Assembly: GCF_009914755.1 (NCBI RefSeq)
Contig: NC_060926.1
DNA length: 64,000 bases
Origin: the human T2T-CHM13v2.0 reference genome, Homo sapiens
Reading direction: 5' to 3' (one strand)
A program made the position numbers and the translations under genes. Of this stretch, positions 39,230 to 56,150 are shown in pieces (the first letter of the stretch is position 1; every line of letters starts with the position of its first letter). The notes beneath the pieces were generated by a model. It saw nothing but the letters and a program-made list of their open reading frames with translations. It was not told the DNA's origin and searched no databases.

Positions 39230-40965
39230 ATAGGTTGAAGTTGTTAGGATCCAGGACCACACTCTGGAAAAGGGTCATACAAATAAGAACTAGATGTCAG
39301 TGTATGTGAGACTGTGTGTATGTACAGTATTCGTGCAAACACCTGTATGTCTATATGTGTGTCTATGAGTATATGTCTGTATATGCATATGTATGTAGGC
39401 ATGCATATGTTTTCCATCTTCTGAAAGGATCTAGAAGCAATTACACCCTAGTAGCAACGAGCAGACTTAGCACTTGGATCCTCATCTCTAACACCATTCC
39501 CAATAAAAGGAACCAGGGCTCCTCAGAGAAATGTGTGATTCCAAGGTTGAAGCAGGGAAATGAGAAGTTGAGCCTCAGACACCTTGTTATGATAGAAAGT
39601 AAGAAAGTGCTCAAAAAAAAGAAAAATGAACAATGAGAGCATGTCACAAGGACACAGGAACCAGCCTGAAGAGGCTTCTGCTGGACAAATCTGAAATAAT
39701 TTGAGCACCAAAATAATTAAAGACATTAATGAATGATGAAATATTGAAAAATAGAATTTCACAAGACTGTATGATGTTAAATATTTTTAACAACAAAAAG
39801 CTCAAATCTGAATCCTCGCCATGTGCTAGTTTGTTTAAGCTCCAGAGTCCCCTACTCTCCTTCTATATTAAACAATGGATAAAATTATTTTATCCAGGAG
39901 GAAAAAAAATAAAGCTCAACTCTCAGTCCTCACTATGTGATAGTTTGTTTAAGCTCCAGAGTCCCCTACTCTCCTATATTAAATAATGGATAAAAATGAA
40001 AAGCAAAAACAATAAATAAGCAAAGGCGGGGCTCCTGCTTATGGTAAAACGCTAAGTACTAACTGCTGGGTACATGTGGAGCCTTTATTACCCTCACAGT
40101 AAAGATGGGACTAGGCAAGAATCATGATCAATCCAGTGGAAAGTTTTGAAGAGGAGCACGATATTTGATCTACGAGTGTCTCCTCACAGATTGCTTATTA
40201 GTTGCAAGAAAAAATATAACTATGTAGTGGAGAAATTTGAAGGAGTAATCAAAATTAATTCACAAGTGAGGGCAGATAAATATGTGTGCTTCCATATTTG
40301 ATACCCTGAGGACATACTACTTATATAGCATTATGGCCAGGGATGTTTAGCTCAAATTGAATCATGATGAAATATCAGACAAACCCTAAATGAAGAACAT
40401 TCTACTACAAAAAAAAGAGGGTGAGGGACATTTTCTTCAAAAAATGTCTATATTGTAAAAGAGAGAAAGGCTGTGGATATGCTCCAGATTAAGCAACAAT
40501 AAAGAGACAAGACAAGTAAATACGATATCTGATTCCAGAGTGGATCCTGACTGGAGGAAAAAAAGGACTTCATTGGATCAATTGATGGTAAATGATGTGG
40601 ATTAAAGTATGGAATCCATGTTAAATTTACTGAAGTTGATAACTACAGTTTGATTATATAGGAGTGTATCCATGTTCTTAGGAAATACAGACCACTGAAG
40701 TACTTAGGGGTACAGGGATGTGTACGATGCTTGTGACTTTCAGAATCTTCAGAAAAAAAATCATATGTATATATGTGTGTATACATACGTGTCAGTGTAA
40801 ATGTATACATAAAATTCGTATACTCACACAGAAAGCACAAATGATAAAGCAAATGGTTTAAAATATTAGGAATATTTTAATGTTTACCTTAATATATATG
40901 GTATTTGCAATATTATTTATGCAACTTTCTGTACATTTAATTTTTTTCCAAATAAAAAATTAAAA
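39230..40965 (+). mobile_element. Old L1 (L1MC/ME-like) 3' UTR fragment
   Basis: CCAATAAAAGGAACCAGGGCTCCTCAGAGAAATG..., TTAGGAAATACAGACCACTGAAGTA, and end GCAACTTTCTGTA...TTTCCAAATAAAAA. Confidence 0.7.
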
Positions 40966-43249
40966 AGTTGTTTCCTTTTTGTAGAAACAAAATCATTCTT
41001 ATTGAAACTTGAATAATGAATATTGGGCATTTTAAAAAATCTACAAAAACAACCACCCAGCACATACATTTTATAAAAGGCAGTAGATTCATGTGTTTAA
41101 CACAAGTAAGTGACATCAGGATCTAGACATGTCGTTTGTCCCGTTTCCTCACCTTGACTCTTCACATGGTACGTATTCAATCATTTTAACTTTGCCCTTG
41201 CGATTTCTCAATATCCTGCACTTGCACCCACCCAGAGTCCCCCTCAATCTATCCTCTGCAATTTGTAACTTAAGTCAATGTGAAAAATTGGACAAAAAAA
41301 TTCTTCAGGAAACTATGTAAGGGAGGAGTTTTTATGTATTTACTAGAGCAACTTCACATATTAAACTTAAACTGTATGAAAAGAGCATTTTTGTAACTGC
41401 TTAGCGTTTTAGTGCATTCTTTTTCCTCAAAGTTCTTAAGCTTACTGTGTTTTTCAAAGAAAGTTTAATCTGTAACTGTGAAAAAGGACCTATTGCCCTG
41501 ACCCGAAATAAGTGAGGATACTACTGAACATTTTGCAGCTTTGTCCTCTGTGTTTCATGTGGTTTTTTAAGGTTCTTACATCATTTACCCATTAAAAATA
41601 AAACTAGGCTGCTTTTGGTGAAAATGGAAATAGTAATTACCTTCTTAAAATACCCCCTTAAAAAAAAAACAGGATTTCTTTTACATTGCCAAAAGAATTT
41701 GTTTGAAGGAAGATAAATGTAACATACATACTATTTGAAAGCAGCCTGGTTTAAGGGTTGCCATCGAGTCTCATGTTATACCACTCGGAAGTAAGACATT
41801 TAGAACCTGCTCATTACTCCGCATCCCTCATTTATGGGATCAGATTGCTTTTATGGGCATTGTGCCAGATTCATTGATGTGCACTTAAGGCAGATTGCAG
41901 AGTGAAACGTTTTTCTAGAAAACATCTGGTTCTTAAGAGGAGCATTAGAAGGAGGGTAGCACATTTTTGATCATAACTGGGATTTATCATGTTACAGTAA
42001 CTCCCCTCTAATCTGGCAGGCAGAATTCCAACAACCACAACCAGGAACCTGGAAATAAGTGAAAAATACCTCAGAGTCCAAAGAAAACAGAGGTCCAAGA
42101 TCCTGTGCATATGAAGGAGTGGTATTGCCCTTAGCTCAAAGACTATTTTATTCATTATAAAACTACTGGAGCCAATTAGCATAAGGGCTCCTGAAGCCGC
42201 CTTTATATCAAGTGAGTCTTTCTGCAGTTCATTCGTTCCTTCACTCCCCTTGCAAAAATTGTGCACCCCCTGGATGCCACCATTTTTCTACTCAGGTTTT
42301 CCCCTCCTCTCTTTCTTGTACCTTCAATATTTACTGGCTTTTTTTTTTTCTCCATAGATGCCCAAGTAGCTCTTACCTTAAAAGACAGACTTCTCACACC
42401 CTTATGGACACATCACTCTTCACCCTCAGCCTTATTTCTAAAAACTTTTCTATACTGACTCTAGTTCCTCTCCTTCCATTCGCAGGGCTTCCAATAGCCT
42501 ATGAGAAAGTTGTATTCAAATTAGAAAAGGGAGTCCTCCTGCATGGAGATGCAGTTGCAGAGTGGTAAGACTTGGAGGATTTCTGCCTCCATCTCCTGTG
42601 CCCTTGGCTGGGTCACTCTGTGCAGTGCACACACTGCACGACCACACGTGGAGGCTCTGCAGGATTTCAGATATTTCCACTGGTTTTTAATTTATTATAT
42701 TTGGTAGAATCATCATTAAAACTCTGTTAATGGAATAATGGACTAAAATTACAGAGGACTGGGTTTGCTCTCAATCCTTTATGTAATTGCAGGACTATGC
42801 TCTTACACATCCCCTCTGGAACTCTTACGTTCTAGTACCACTTCTGTTACCACTCCTACTACTACTTTCTGGCTTTTATTTCCATCTTTCACTTCCTGAA
42901 TCTCTATCGCTGGCCATCGAAGTAATATAGATTGCATTTTGCATTAACAATTAATAGTAAAGTGTGGTATTGAGAGTTGAAATGTCAGCTTTTGTTTAGC
43001 TTCTTCTCTTCGTCTGTGTTCAGAAAAATAACTTTAAACAGCAAAAAGCAAGTTTGAGAAGGCTATTCTCTAAAAAACAACAAAAAACTTTTTTTATTGT
43101 AGAATATATGTTAATTCCAGTTAACTTTTACAATGGTAAATAAATATTTCATCACTCAGATATAACTATGTTAACAACTGGGTTTCATCTAGTTTTGTGT
43201 ATTCTTATATGCATCTATAGTTTTGGCAAATGGATATATTATTATTTGA

Positions 43250-43617
<368 letters not shown>

Positions 43618-45862
43618 TAAATACATAAATAAATCCTTGAAATAGTTTTCAATTACTACCTACTACTATATTATTGGTCAAATCTTACATATGTGACAAC
43701 CTCATGTTGGATGTTTTGATAACCAAAAGCAGCAAAAAATTCAGTTACAATTTTTAAAATTGGAAACCTTTGAGAAATTTCGGAATATTTCCTGTGATAA
43801 ATTTCTCTACGTGGGATCACTTGGTTAAACGAGAGACTCTTATTTTGTGCTGTTTTTAGAGAACAGCCTTCTCGAACTTGCTTTTTGCTGTTTATAAGTT
43901 ATTCCCTTCAGGAAGGCTGTGCTACACTTCGATGAGCAGCGGTCTGAATGCGGTGGTTTCCTTGCACCTTTGCCAACCTTGCTTCTAAAAAAATCTGTCA
44001 GCATGAACGCTGTTGTATGATCCTATTTTAAAGCTATTCACTTGTCATCTCCAGTCGCAAACTAGGATAGCTCCTGTCAGATTCTTAATTGGTCTTTTGG
44101 TTTCCATAGTGATTCCATTATCTACTTCTACTCTAGTGCAAAGTTCAACTTGCTTCCTCAGCTGTCCATGCATAAAAGCCTTCCAGATTTGCTCTAGGTT
44201 CTTGACTTCTGGGGAAGAAAGATATTTCCTCTTGGACCCAGTTCACCATACTAGCTGAATTAAGGTCAAAAGTACATTAAACTTACAACTGTGTCCTTAC
44301 CATGACGGGGGGCAGGTGTCCAGATCCCAGATCTACAGAAAATTCTTTCATTTCTGTTGTGTCCCCCTGCTTCCATCCTGAGTGTACGTCCCCAAACTTT
44401 CATTTAACATGTCATGTTCATTAGTTCCTTCAAATACTAGTTCAGAGCAGTCTGGAATCAAGACTGCCTAGTTTGAGCTCCAACTGTCACAGATCTTGGG
44501 CTTGTCACATAAGGCAATCAAATCCTTAAAGAAGAAAAAACATCAGAGGTAGTAAATGCTGCATAGAGTTTAAAAAGGATAATATGATACAGAATCACAG
44601 GATGGCTACTTGAGATTGTGGGCCTGGACATGAACACGGCCTCTTTGAGGAGGTGGTGATAAAGTGATACCTGATGGAAAGGAGCAAACCTGGAGAAGGA
44701 AGCTCAGAGACAGGAAGCGGGGGTGAAGGGAGGGACAGGAGGAAGAGAATTCTCCACTGAGGAGAGTAGGGCAAAAGCAAGCTCCAGGTGGATAAAATGA
44801 GATGCTGCATGTGGAGTCTAGCATAATGGTTGGTGGGTAGAGAGAGAGGAAAAGAGGGAAGTAGTTGAACAAAAATTAGAAGGGAAGGAAGGAGGGAAGG
44901 TGTGAATGAATGAGAATCTCAAATCCTGTAGGGCTGAGCTCTCTAGGGGACTTTACTCATCCTTTTAATCTTGCTTTGAACTGCATTTTCTCTTCTCAGT
45001 TGCAATTACTACTTTGCCCTGTTCTGCTTATAAGAGGAGCTACTATTAAGAGCCTAGTGAGTCAGATTCATTATAGGTTTTATATAAGTTCCCTTTAATC
45101 CTTACAACCTGAGGCAGGTTATTATCCTTATATGCTTGTTTATGGGTGAGAAAACTGAGGCTGAGAGTGTGTAACTTGGAGAAAGATGAAACATCTAGGT
45201 AATGGTAGAGCCAAAACTTAAATCCAGGCTGGTCTGATTTCAGATCCATGCTCTTGACTGCTACACTATAGTGCTCCTCAATTAGACTGCTCTTTAATAG
45301 TTTCTACATTTGTAACAGCTGTTCATTCCACTCAGTCCATCTTGTTCTTCATTATTTAGCTATCTCTGTGATACACCAGTTTCTTCTGCTAGCCAGATGT
45401 AGAAAAGATCACTTCTTCTTACAGAAACATTATCTCTTAGTTATAGAAGGCATCTTAATATAATAAATAAGGCAGAGGCTTTGAAGTTGACTGGGCCAGT
45501 ATGGAATTCAGGTTCTGACACTTTTCTCTGTGACCCTGGGCAAATCATTTAGTCCAGGTCTCACCTTTCTTATCTGAAAAGTGGGAATATTATTTCTCTT
45601 AATAGCTGACTGAAAATTAAAAGACATAAAGTAAGGAAAGTCCCTAAAATAGCATCTAACAAATGGCAGGTGCAAAATAAATGGCTGCTTAAGAAACAAA
45701 AACAAAACCTTCCTCTCCTCTTACAGATAGGAAAACTGATTTGGAAATGTCTTGCTGAGAGAACAGATGCTCTATTTCTCTATCCAATTTCCATGATTCC
45801 AGCATCCCATGACACAAGTTCACTGGAACTACTAAAGGCATTCTGTTAATGTGATTTCTGCC

Positions 45863-46223
45863 TGAGTCAGCTCCGGCTGCAATAATAAAATATCATAAAC
45901 TGGTGGGCTTATCAACAAAAGAAATCTGTTTCTCACAGTTCTGGAGGCTGGAAGTCTGAGATCACGGTTCCAGCACCACCAGGTTCTGGTGAGGACCCTC
46001 TTTTGGGTTGCAAATAGTTGACTTCTTATTTTGTCCTCACATGGTAGAAAGATAGCTAGAGAACTCTCTGGGATCCTCTTTTTAAGGGCACTAATCGCAC
46101 TCGCAAGGGCTTCAGCCTTATGACCTAATTATTTCCTAAAGCTTCACTTCCCAATACTATCACATTAAAGACTAGGATGTCAACATACGAAGTTTGGGGT
46201 ACACAAACATTCAGTCCATAGCA
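45863..46223 (-). mobile_element. MLT1A-like solo LTR
   Basis: TCTCACAGTTCTGGAGGCTGGAAGTCTGAGATCA...ACACAAACATTCAGTCCATAGCA. Confidence 0.8.
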
Positions 46224-46454
46224 TTGTCCTTAAAAATGTCCACTCAGGCTGAAAGATATTTCTCCACCTGAATTAAAGAAAAAGAGGTAATGTTTCACGA
46301 TTCCAGATTTGTAAAACAGGGATAATAATGCCGGCATTTTAGGTTTGTGAAGATCAAATGTAAGGAATATGAAAGTATTTTAACATATATGAAGTGACTT
46401 ATAAATTCTATTATTAAACATTCTATGAAATGCCATAAATAAAAGCTAGGTGAC

Positions 46455-46730
<276 letters not shown>

Positions 46731-46881
46731 CTAAGTGAAAAGAAGAATAATTGGAATTTTATAACGTAATTGAAATTAAAGGGATTTTGAAAAATGGGAG
46801 AAATGATCAGAAACAAGAGAATGGAGTTCAAAACAAACACAGGACATTTAATAAAAAGCAGCAAATGACTTATAAATACTG

Positions 46882-46887
46882 TTTATT
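46882..46887 (-). terminator. Distal polyadenylation signal AATAAA of TTC21B
   Basis: TTTATT on the plus strand. More proximal hexamers lie at 47465-47470 and 47527-47532. Confidence 0.65.
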
Positions 46888-47514
46888 GTAAATGCAAATA
46901 AAATTGAGGACTGTGTTTACTACAATTTTAAGGAAAATTGAAAAAGATGTAGATGAGAAATTAAAAATAATGCTAAGGATTAAGTTTAGATTAGGTTAAA
47001 TTTAGTGTAAGAGAGTGAAAGCTTCTATGCCAGGGTGCTGTTAAACAGAGCTGGGTAAACCGTTGCCTTCACATGGTGTGCTTTGTGACTCCCTGCTGAC
47101 CAAAAGTATTTGGTCACCCTTTACCATCAAATGTTACAGTGTCTGAAATTATACCTGCAGACCAAGTCTTCTAGGCTAAGGTTAAATATCCCTAATAAGG
47201 GACCTATTTAAATTGAGGTTTCAGGACCTGATTATTTCTTAAGACCACAATGGCCTTGAAAGCAGGAAGAATGAGCTCAAGAAAGGAAAGGGAAACACAC
47301 ACTCTACCCTTTTCTAAAAAAGATTTTTCAATGAAAGTTACATTTTCTGTACTATACCACCACCCATTAACATTACAGAACGCAGGGGGAGCTTACCCTG
47401 ATTTGCAAAACTTACCACATCTTTTGAGTTCCAAGAGGAATATAAATCATCTATTTATAAAACCTTTATTAAAATATATATTTAAAATATATATATTGTC
47501 TTTTTCATGAGTTA

Positions 47515-47872
<358 letters not shown>

Positions 47873-48258
47873 GAATATAACAAAAACACTTTAAAAGAGA
47901 ACAATGCATTTTAAATATATTTCCTGAAATAATATTCCTTAGAAAAGATACAGGGTATTTAATTACCTAGATTTTAACAAAATATTCTTTATAGAAATAA
48001 TTATAGTCTTTACCACAGAGTCACCAAATCTGTACCCAATCAAAACAGAGTCAAATAGACCAGCTCTCATTCAACTCCATTAGGAAACACCAATTTCACA
48101 TAGTACTTCTCTTGATGTACAGCAGCAACCTCTGCTGGAGAAAAAAGGGTATACTTCTAATAACAAAGCACTGAGCTCAAACCTGTTTTGAACAGGAAGA
48201 ACTGAAAGTTAGATTTCTTTCATTTCCTGTTAAACCAACACCTAAGTTAAAATTATTT

Positions 48259-48372
<114 letters not shown>

Positions 48373-49659
48373 CTAATAATCAAAAACTACGGAGTTACAA
48401 AACTTATAAGAAATGAGCATTACAGTTAAGATTTCCTTGTACTAATACTACAACAGCTATAACACTTTTTAATGGTGGCATTTTAAATGTAACATGATGA
48501 CTCCTTTATATTAATGGTAGTTAGATGAGAACAATAGAATGTAAATATCAAATGCAGAAAATATAACAAACAACTGCTTACCTAATAGATGAATTGTATA
48601 AAACAATTATGTATCAATGATTTAAAATATTTTTGTAATTTAGCTTTTCATTCATAATATCTGATAAACCCTTAGAGAGTGACTTTTATACAGCAGCACA
48701 CATTAGCTTTACCTGAAATGATCTTGAGACATACGTATTTCTAGTTCTACTGAGTCTAAGAGTGGGGAGATGCTAGTTTTTTTTTTTAACTCCAAAAATG
48801 ATCCTAATATATAGCCTTACATTAACACACAACCCTAACCTGACTGAAATACTGCTTTACAGAGACTCAGTAATCAACAGCAATTACTAAGGCCAAGTAT
48901 TTACTGTAATGATGCTAACAGATTGCTGTGTGGGATAAGGGGCATTACAAAATTCTTTTCTAATGAACTTTTCTTGGAGGTCCTTACAATGTTTAATAGA
49001 ATGTCTTATATGGAATATCAATGGGACAATGTATATATAAAGAGACTCTACAAATTCTAAAACTGTAATTTAAATATTTGTCATTTTAGTAGGTGATCAT
49101 TTACTAGGGGATGAATTACAGAATGCAATTGAATGACTTCTAATAGAATTCCTTTTTATCTCTAATTGATCAGTCTGAATTCTCTAATAACCAGATTCAG
49201 ACACATTCACAAGAACTTCTAATCAGAATAATGATCTGGAGAATCTATACTGTCTTCAAATATCTTCTAACTTAAAGACTACATTTTATTTAACATGTTT
49301 CTCCCACTGGTCTTTGTCTTTTTTTTTTTTTAAAGTAAAAGTCTCTTTTACTCCACCTCTTTAATCCTACTCCTTTCCATACATGTAAATATTTTATGGT
49401 TTATTGTTTAATATGTACTCTTCAGTGGTCTTTGTCTTTAAATTGACATAAACATTTTATTATTTGATCTCAAAGTAAAAACATGTTTTTTATTTAGGTG
49501 AACATCATTTTCTAAATTTCGAACACTGATAATCTCCCTAAACATACTGATAAATCATTTAACTAAAATAATGTATCCTCTATTTCTATTCACATACATC
49601 TGGAGATTTAAAAAAGTAGGAAATTGTGCATCTGAAAAATTTTAAGAAATCTAAATTTA

Positions 49660-49779
<120 letters not shown>

Positions 49780-50868
49780 CTACTATTACTTTTCCTTGCC
49801 TCCTCCTCTCTTTGCTTACTCACTAGAGAATGGTAAGGGAGGCTGGTGAATGAACAACCAAACTACGCTATACAGAGAAGTTGTGTGATAATAGAAGACA
49901 GAGTGACACAAAAGAAGTGTAAGAAGAAAAGAAAGTGGAGTTGGAAAAAAGGACCACAGTGAATACATTGATAGGTTAGAAAGCTGCCATCCCACAAGTG
50001 TGGTTTCTATAACTTACTAGAAAAGTCTCATTTATTTCAGGTTATAGTAAAAACTCATCATAGGGCAGTAAATGACAACACAGCCATTCATTTATACAGT
50101 ACAGATTTATTTAGCACTTACACAGGCAAACTGATGCCTACAGTTATGAGGTTTGCATTCTATTAGGAGAAAAAGTACATTTTAAAATAATTGCATGAGT
50201 AAATAATTTCAAAACTGAGATAAATGTTATGAAAGAAAGATCCAGGCCAAGTGAGTTACCATAAAGAACCTGAAGGGTATCAAGAGATGTCTGAAATCTG
50301 AAGAATGAGGCATAAACTAGGCTAGGGTGGGAATCAAGGACACTCTCAGACAGAGGAAACTGCATGGATTAAGGCCAGTGGTAGGACACACAGGGAGTTA
50401 ATGAACTTGGAGTATGGTGAGAAGACAGAGCACATAGGAGAGCGACACAGAGGAAGGCAGATTAGTCATCAATGACTGGTAAGAATTATCACAATTACTG
50501 ATAGTGAAATGCCACACTTCTACTATCAACAATTAGAAGAATATTTAACACATTCCTCTTAATGGATGTTGTTCTCTTGTAACATGCTATAAAAATGAGA
50601 AAACTAAGAAGACAAGAAAAGTAACAGCAGCTGTGCACGCAGTAAACAAGATATAATGCAATGTAAAATAATGTGTAATAAAAAATATCTCACTCTACCT
50701 CTTAAAAATATGAAATAAGAAGTGTAAATAGTGCTCTTCAGCTCTAATAAAAGTACCAAAACAAATGTTTAAAATTTTAAATGTTTGAAAAGAATTACTG
50801 GCTAACATTATCAGATGGTAGTAAAAAGAAAGAAATAGAAATGATCTAAAATTCACACTATTTTATAT

Positions 50869-51185
50869 ATAGTCAGGCACTGCATGATGATGTTTCATTA
50901 ACAACAGACCACATACATGATGGTGGTCCCAAAGATTTTTATACTGTATTTTTGCTGTACCTTTTCTATGTTTACATACACACATTGCTTATAGCATTCA
51001 TGACAGTAACATGCTGTACAGGTATGTAGCCTAGGAGCAATAGGCTATACCAGATAGCCCAGGTGTGTAGTAGGATCTACCACCTAGGTTTGTGTAAGTA
51101 TACTCTAAGATGTTCACACAATGATGAAATTGTCTAATGATGCATATCTCAGAAGATTTCCATTGTTAAGCGACACATGACTGCA
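50869..51185. mobile_element. Tigger3/Golem-type MITE
   Basis: Termini TAGTCAGGCACTGCATGATGATGTT and TTAAGCGACACATGACTG, flanked by TA. Confidence 0.75.
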
Positions 51186-52081
51186 TATATATATGTGTGT
51201 ATGTTTATATATGTGTGTGTATATATATGTATGTCTATATAGGTGTGTATATATATATCTCTACACACACACACATGCACACAGGCACACATGGGCAGGG
51301 CCTATGGCAGAATCTCACATCTCAGATTTTAGACAAAAATAAGAAGTTTCAGAGAGGTAAACTTAATGTCATTACCAACAAATTCTAAAATGAACTAAAA
51401 GGGTTTGTGACATTCAAAAAGTAAAGCAATTTTTAAGATGTCATGCCAAACATACTTACATGGGAACTAGTCAAGATTTCAGTTTTGGTTTGTGGTTTCT
51501 TGACTAGCTTTGGGATCTTACGCAAGTGGCTTGAGCTGTCATTTTCAGGTTTCCTCATCGCTAAAACAGGAATAACAACTCCTCCCTCTAACTCTTAGTA
51601 TAATTTTAAAAATCATATAAAATACTTGTGAAATGGTTTTTAAAACCTTAGAATACCACAAAATATTAGCATTTTTTAATGTAAGCATTCACTATATTAT
51701 AATCACAGAATTTTAACACTGGAAGAAACTTGATACATGACCTGGTACAAAAATTTCAGAGGAAATAAAGACCTAAGAAGGGGAAAGAAAATGTGCACTG
51801 CAGCTGCACTACACCTGCCAAACTTATTAGAACTCAACTATATGCAATCAGGAGAGACAGCGAGAGAATGCAAACATTCTACACAGTCTAATGACTGTCC
51901 TATAACCTGAGAATAGGTATGAAGGGTGAAACATGAGTAGTTTCTTCTCTCATTGGATCTCAGTTGTTCCTAGTGTGTTTCTTTTTTTCCTCGTATATAT
52001 TTAAGATATACAAAATGATGTCGGTGTGTAGATGTGGGTGTGTAGATATATGTGTGTGTGTGTATATATATTTATTTATAA

Positions 52082-52485
<404 letters not shown>

Positions 52486-54018
52486 ATGAGCATGATTTTA
52501 AGGGTTTTCTGACAACTGAAAAAGTGAAATACATTGTTTATTTGGCCAGGCACATTGAGGGTGTTAGATGCAATGACAATCTTAAGGATGAAATTGAGGA
52601 ATTAATGGAGAGCCTTAGAAAGAAATGATTACCAAAGCAAAGCTAGAGGAACTGATAAAATAATCTATAAAATACAATGATGACACAATGAAAGAACTAG
52701 TCATTTGGAATCTCTTTATTTGCTGAGGTCTTCCAAGGAATGGAATATATAAATAATTTAACTTCTATGTGCATTCCTTCTATGGAATAAAGTGTCAAAA
52801 TTAATATTTTAAGGATATTTAAGGACTTTTCATTTTACCAGATGACTTTATTCTGAAAGATATATCACACCTTAGAATAAAAAATACTATAAAAATCATT
52901 AGTTTTTGTGCTTTGCACAAGTCTAGTATAGTATGAGAACAGACTCCAGGAAACTAACAGATGAGGGAAGACCTGAGCTAACAGCAGTTAGTATGAGGTT
53001 GACTCATTTGACTGCAAATCAAAATCGAATTCACACGGTGACATGGCTGCTGAAAAGACTGATGCCATCTTAGGCTGAATTAACAACTACAAATTGCCTA
53101 ATCAAAAGAAAAAAATAGCTTAATTATACTTATAAGAAGCCAAATCATATTTGAGAGGTTGTTCATTTATGGTACAACAGGTCAGAGGGGCATGGAAAAA
53201 TAAAACAGCACTTTCCAAACTTACATGGCCATGGCATCTACCACCTTCACACTTCATTCTTTTTAATTAAAAAAAAAATAATTATTAAAATCTCCCCAAC
53301 TGTTCCAAAGCACAGTTTGGGAAACACTATTTTAGAGCTTCCAGGAGACAGCAACAAGGAAGATGAGAGACTCGGAATCCAATCTTAGGAAGAATGGACA
53401 AGTAACTGCAGATGGCTTGAAGACAAGTCCTAGGACACAGGACTGAAGATTGCAATTTAAAGGGTCATGATCTGTAAGAGGGAGGCATTCTGTAAGTTGC
53501 TCCGGAAAACAGACTTGGGCAGTTTCAAGGAGGCATATTTCAACCCAATACAAAGAAAGAGTACACAAACATGAGGATGAGCTCCCTCGTATGAGGAGAG
53601 AGGTTGGTCATGACATATATTCTGATGCCACCTCTGTTAGGGACACTGTAGACTAGCATTACCCAAACTAACAGCCTGCAACATCCAGCCTGGGACTGGA
53701 TGATGTTTCTAGATGCTCAGGAGAAAAAAAAAATGTCCCATGGTCAAATAATTGTGGGAAACATGGCCCCTCTGTGATATCCATCGCAATATACGTTAGT
53801 GTTTAAAGGCTTTGAGAAGTAAAGAAACCTGTGTAATTCAATTTAATGCAATATTTTCCTAACTTACTTGGCAATGGAAACATCTTTTTCCATGGCATTC
53901 CCAATTTCAAAATAGCACCTTCTTTTAGAAGGAAGAGAAGGGGGCAGAATTAGACTAGATGTACACTAAGTGACTGAGGACAAGTTTGGAACTCAGGAAA
54001 CTGAACTATTAGTAGCTA

Positions 54019-54354
<336 letters not shown>

Positions 54355-54569
54355 TTATGGGATGTTTGTGACTATAGAGGTCAATCATATCAACCCATTT
54401 AAATGACAAATCAAACAATGGTTTTCAACCTTGGCTAGGCAATCAAATTTTTTACTGAACTTAATAAATGATTCTGATGGCAAGTCTCCATCACATATCT
54501 GCAGAATCAGGATTTTCTTTACAGAATCAGAAATACACAATAGGGCACTTGTGTTTTACACAAGCACAG

Positions 54570-56150
54570 GTACACTATTATGAGTGATTTAAACACATAC
54601 AAATACAGAGATAAGAGCATAATGAACTCCATGAACCCTTATCTTCAATAATTATTTTTTGACTAATACTGTTTCACCTCTATCTCACAAACCTACCCTT
54701 CTGTATTACCAGAAAAAATCCTCAGATATTGTATCAACTAAGTCTAAATGTGTTAGTGTGCATCTGTAAAAGAAAAAGACGTTATTTAAACAGAACCACA
54801 ATTTTATCACACCTAAAATGTTAATGACTCCTTAATAGCACCAAATATCCAGTACTGTCTAAATTTTAATTGTCTCAATATAATTTGTTTTTGTTAGATT
54901 GAGGACTGAAATAAGGACCAAACATTGTAACTGGTCAATGTTTTGATCTAGTCTCTTGATCTAGAGGTTTCCCTTCTGGTATGTCTGTCTGTCTCTCTGT
55001 GTCTCTTTTCTTGAAATTAAATGTAATAGAAACAAGAATATTTATCCCCGAGTTTCTCACAACGCAGGTTAATTGACTGCATCCTTGTGGTGTTTATATA
55101 ATATATTCCTATGTCACTGACGTTTTCTGGAAGTTGTAATTAGATGTAGAGGTTTGGATTCAATTTTGATTCTGGAGGAGAGAGGTGAATCTACTTCAAA
55201 CATCAGTGCTATGATAAGCCACACTGAGGCATAAAAACATGGATGCATGTTTTTGTATATTTCTTAATTGTAATTTTTTTCCAGAATATGAGTTTAAAAA
55301 TATTGAAAAATCTGAAAGTATATATTAAAAATCACTACATTTAAGACTGAACATTTTATTTATACCTAAACTTAATTTCTTATCATTTTACTTTTCTCAC
55401 TTTAATGGAAGAAATCTCACCAGTAATATTTTCATTAAAACCATTACCAATTACCCATTTTTTAAAAAACATAAAAATATGAATATAGGAATGCACATAT
55501 TCCCTTTTGATTCAGGCTCCAATAAAGCTCAGCACAGCTGCATTAAATTATTATTTATCTTGATTACTAAGTGTTTCACTTGTCTCATCCCAACCCTAGC
55601 CCTGCCATAGATGTCTGTTCTTCTGTTGGGAGGCACAGAATGTCTGATTCTCCCTCTTTTTGTGATGTTACATCCATATATAAATTTATCAGGGTTGAAA
55701 AATGGGGATAGCCTATCAGTCTTTCTTCATTAATTAGCTGGAAAATGTCTATGATGAGAAACGTCTCATTGACTATTTGGTTAACCAATTCTGTACAGAA
55801 AAGGCAGGATATTTATTTGCAAGCTTTAGAAATAGCAGTCAGTTCACTAGCATACTGCAGTGGTTACCAATTAGGTTTTTTGTTTGTTTTGTTTTTTCTA
55901 TTTTGGATCTTCGAGAAGTCATGGATTTAAACAGATTTTATGTATTTCAATATATTGCAGTTATCATTCTTATCAATACTTAAAGCATCCCAACTTCGGC
56001 TACTAGAGGTGTCTTTAAGTTGGCCCCTAGATCTTTCACACAAACTCTAATCATCATGGATAGCTTCCTTCATCATCTGGTATGGCAAGACAGTCTAGTG
56101 TCGTCTTGTACATTTCCTGCCCCAGATATGGATGACTTCCATTTTTTAAA
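54570..56150 (-). mobile_element. Old L1MC/ME fragments (TTC21B intron)
   Basis: Reverse-strand L1 3' UTR motifs, e.g. AACCACAATTTTATCACACCTAAAA and CTTGTACATTTCCTGCCCCAGA. Confidence 0.55.
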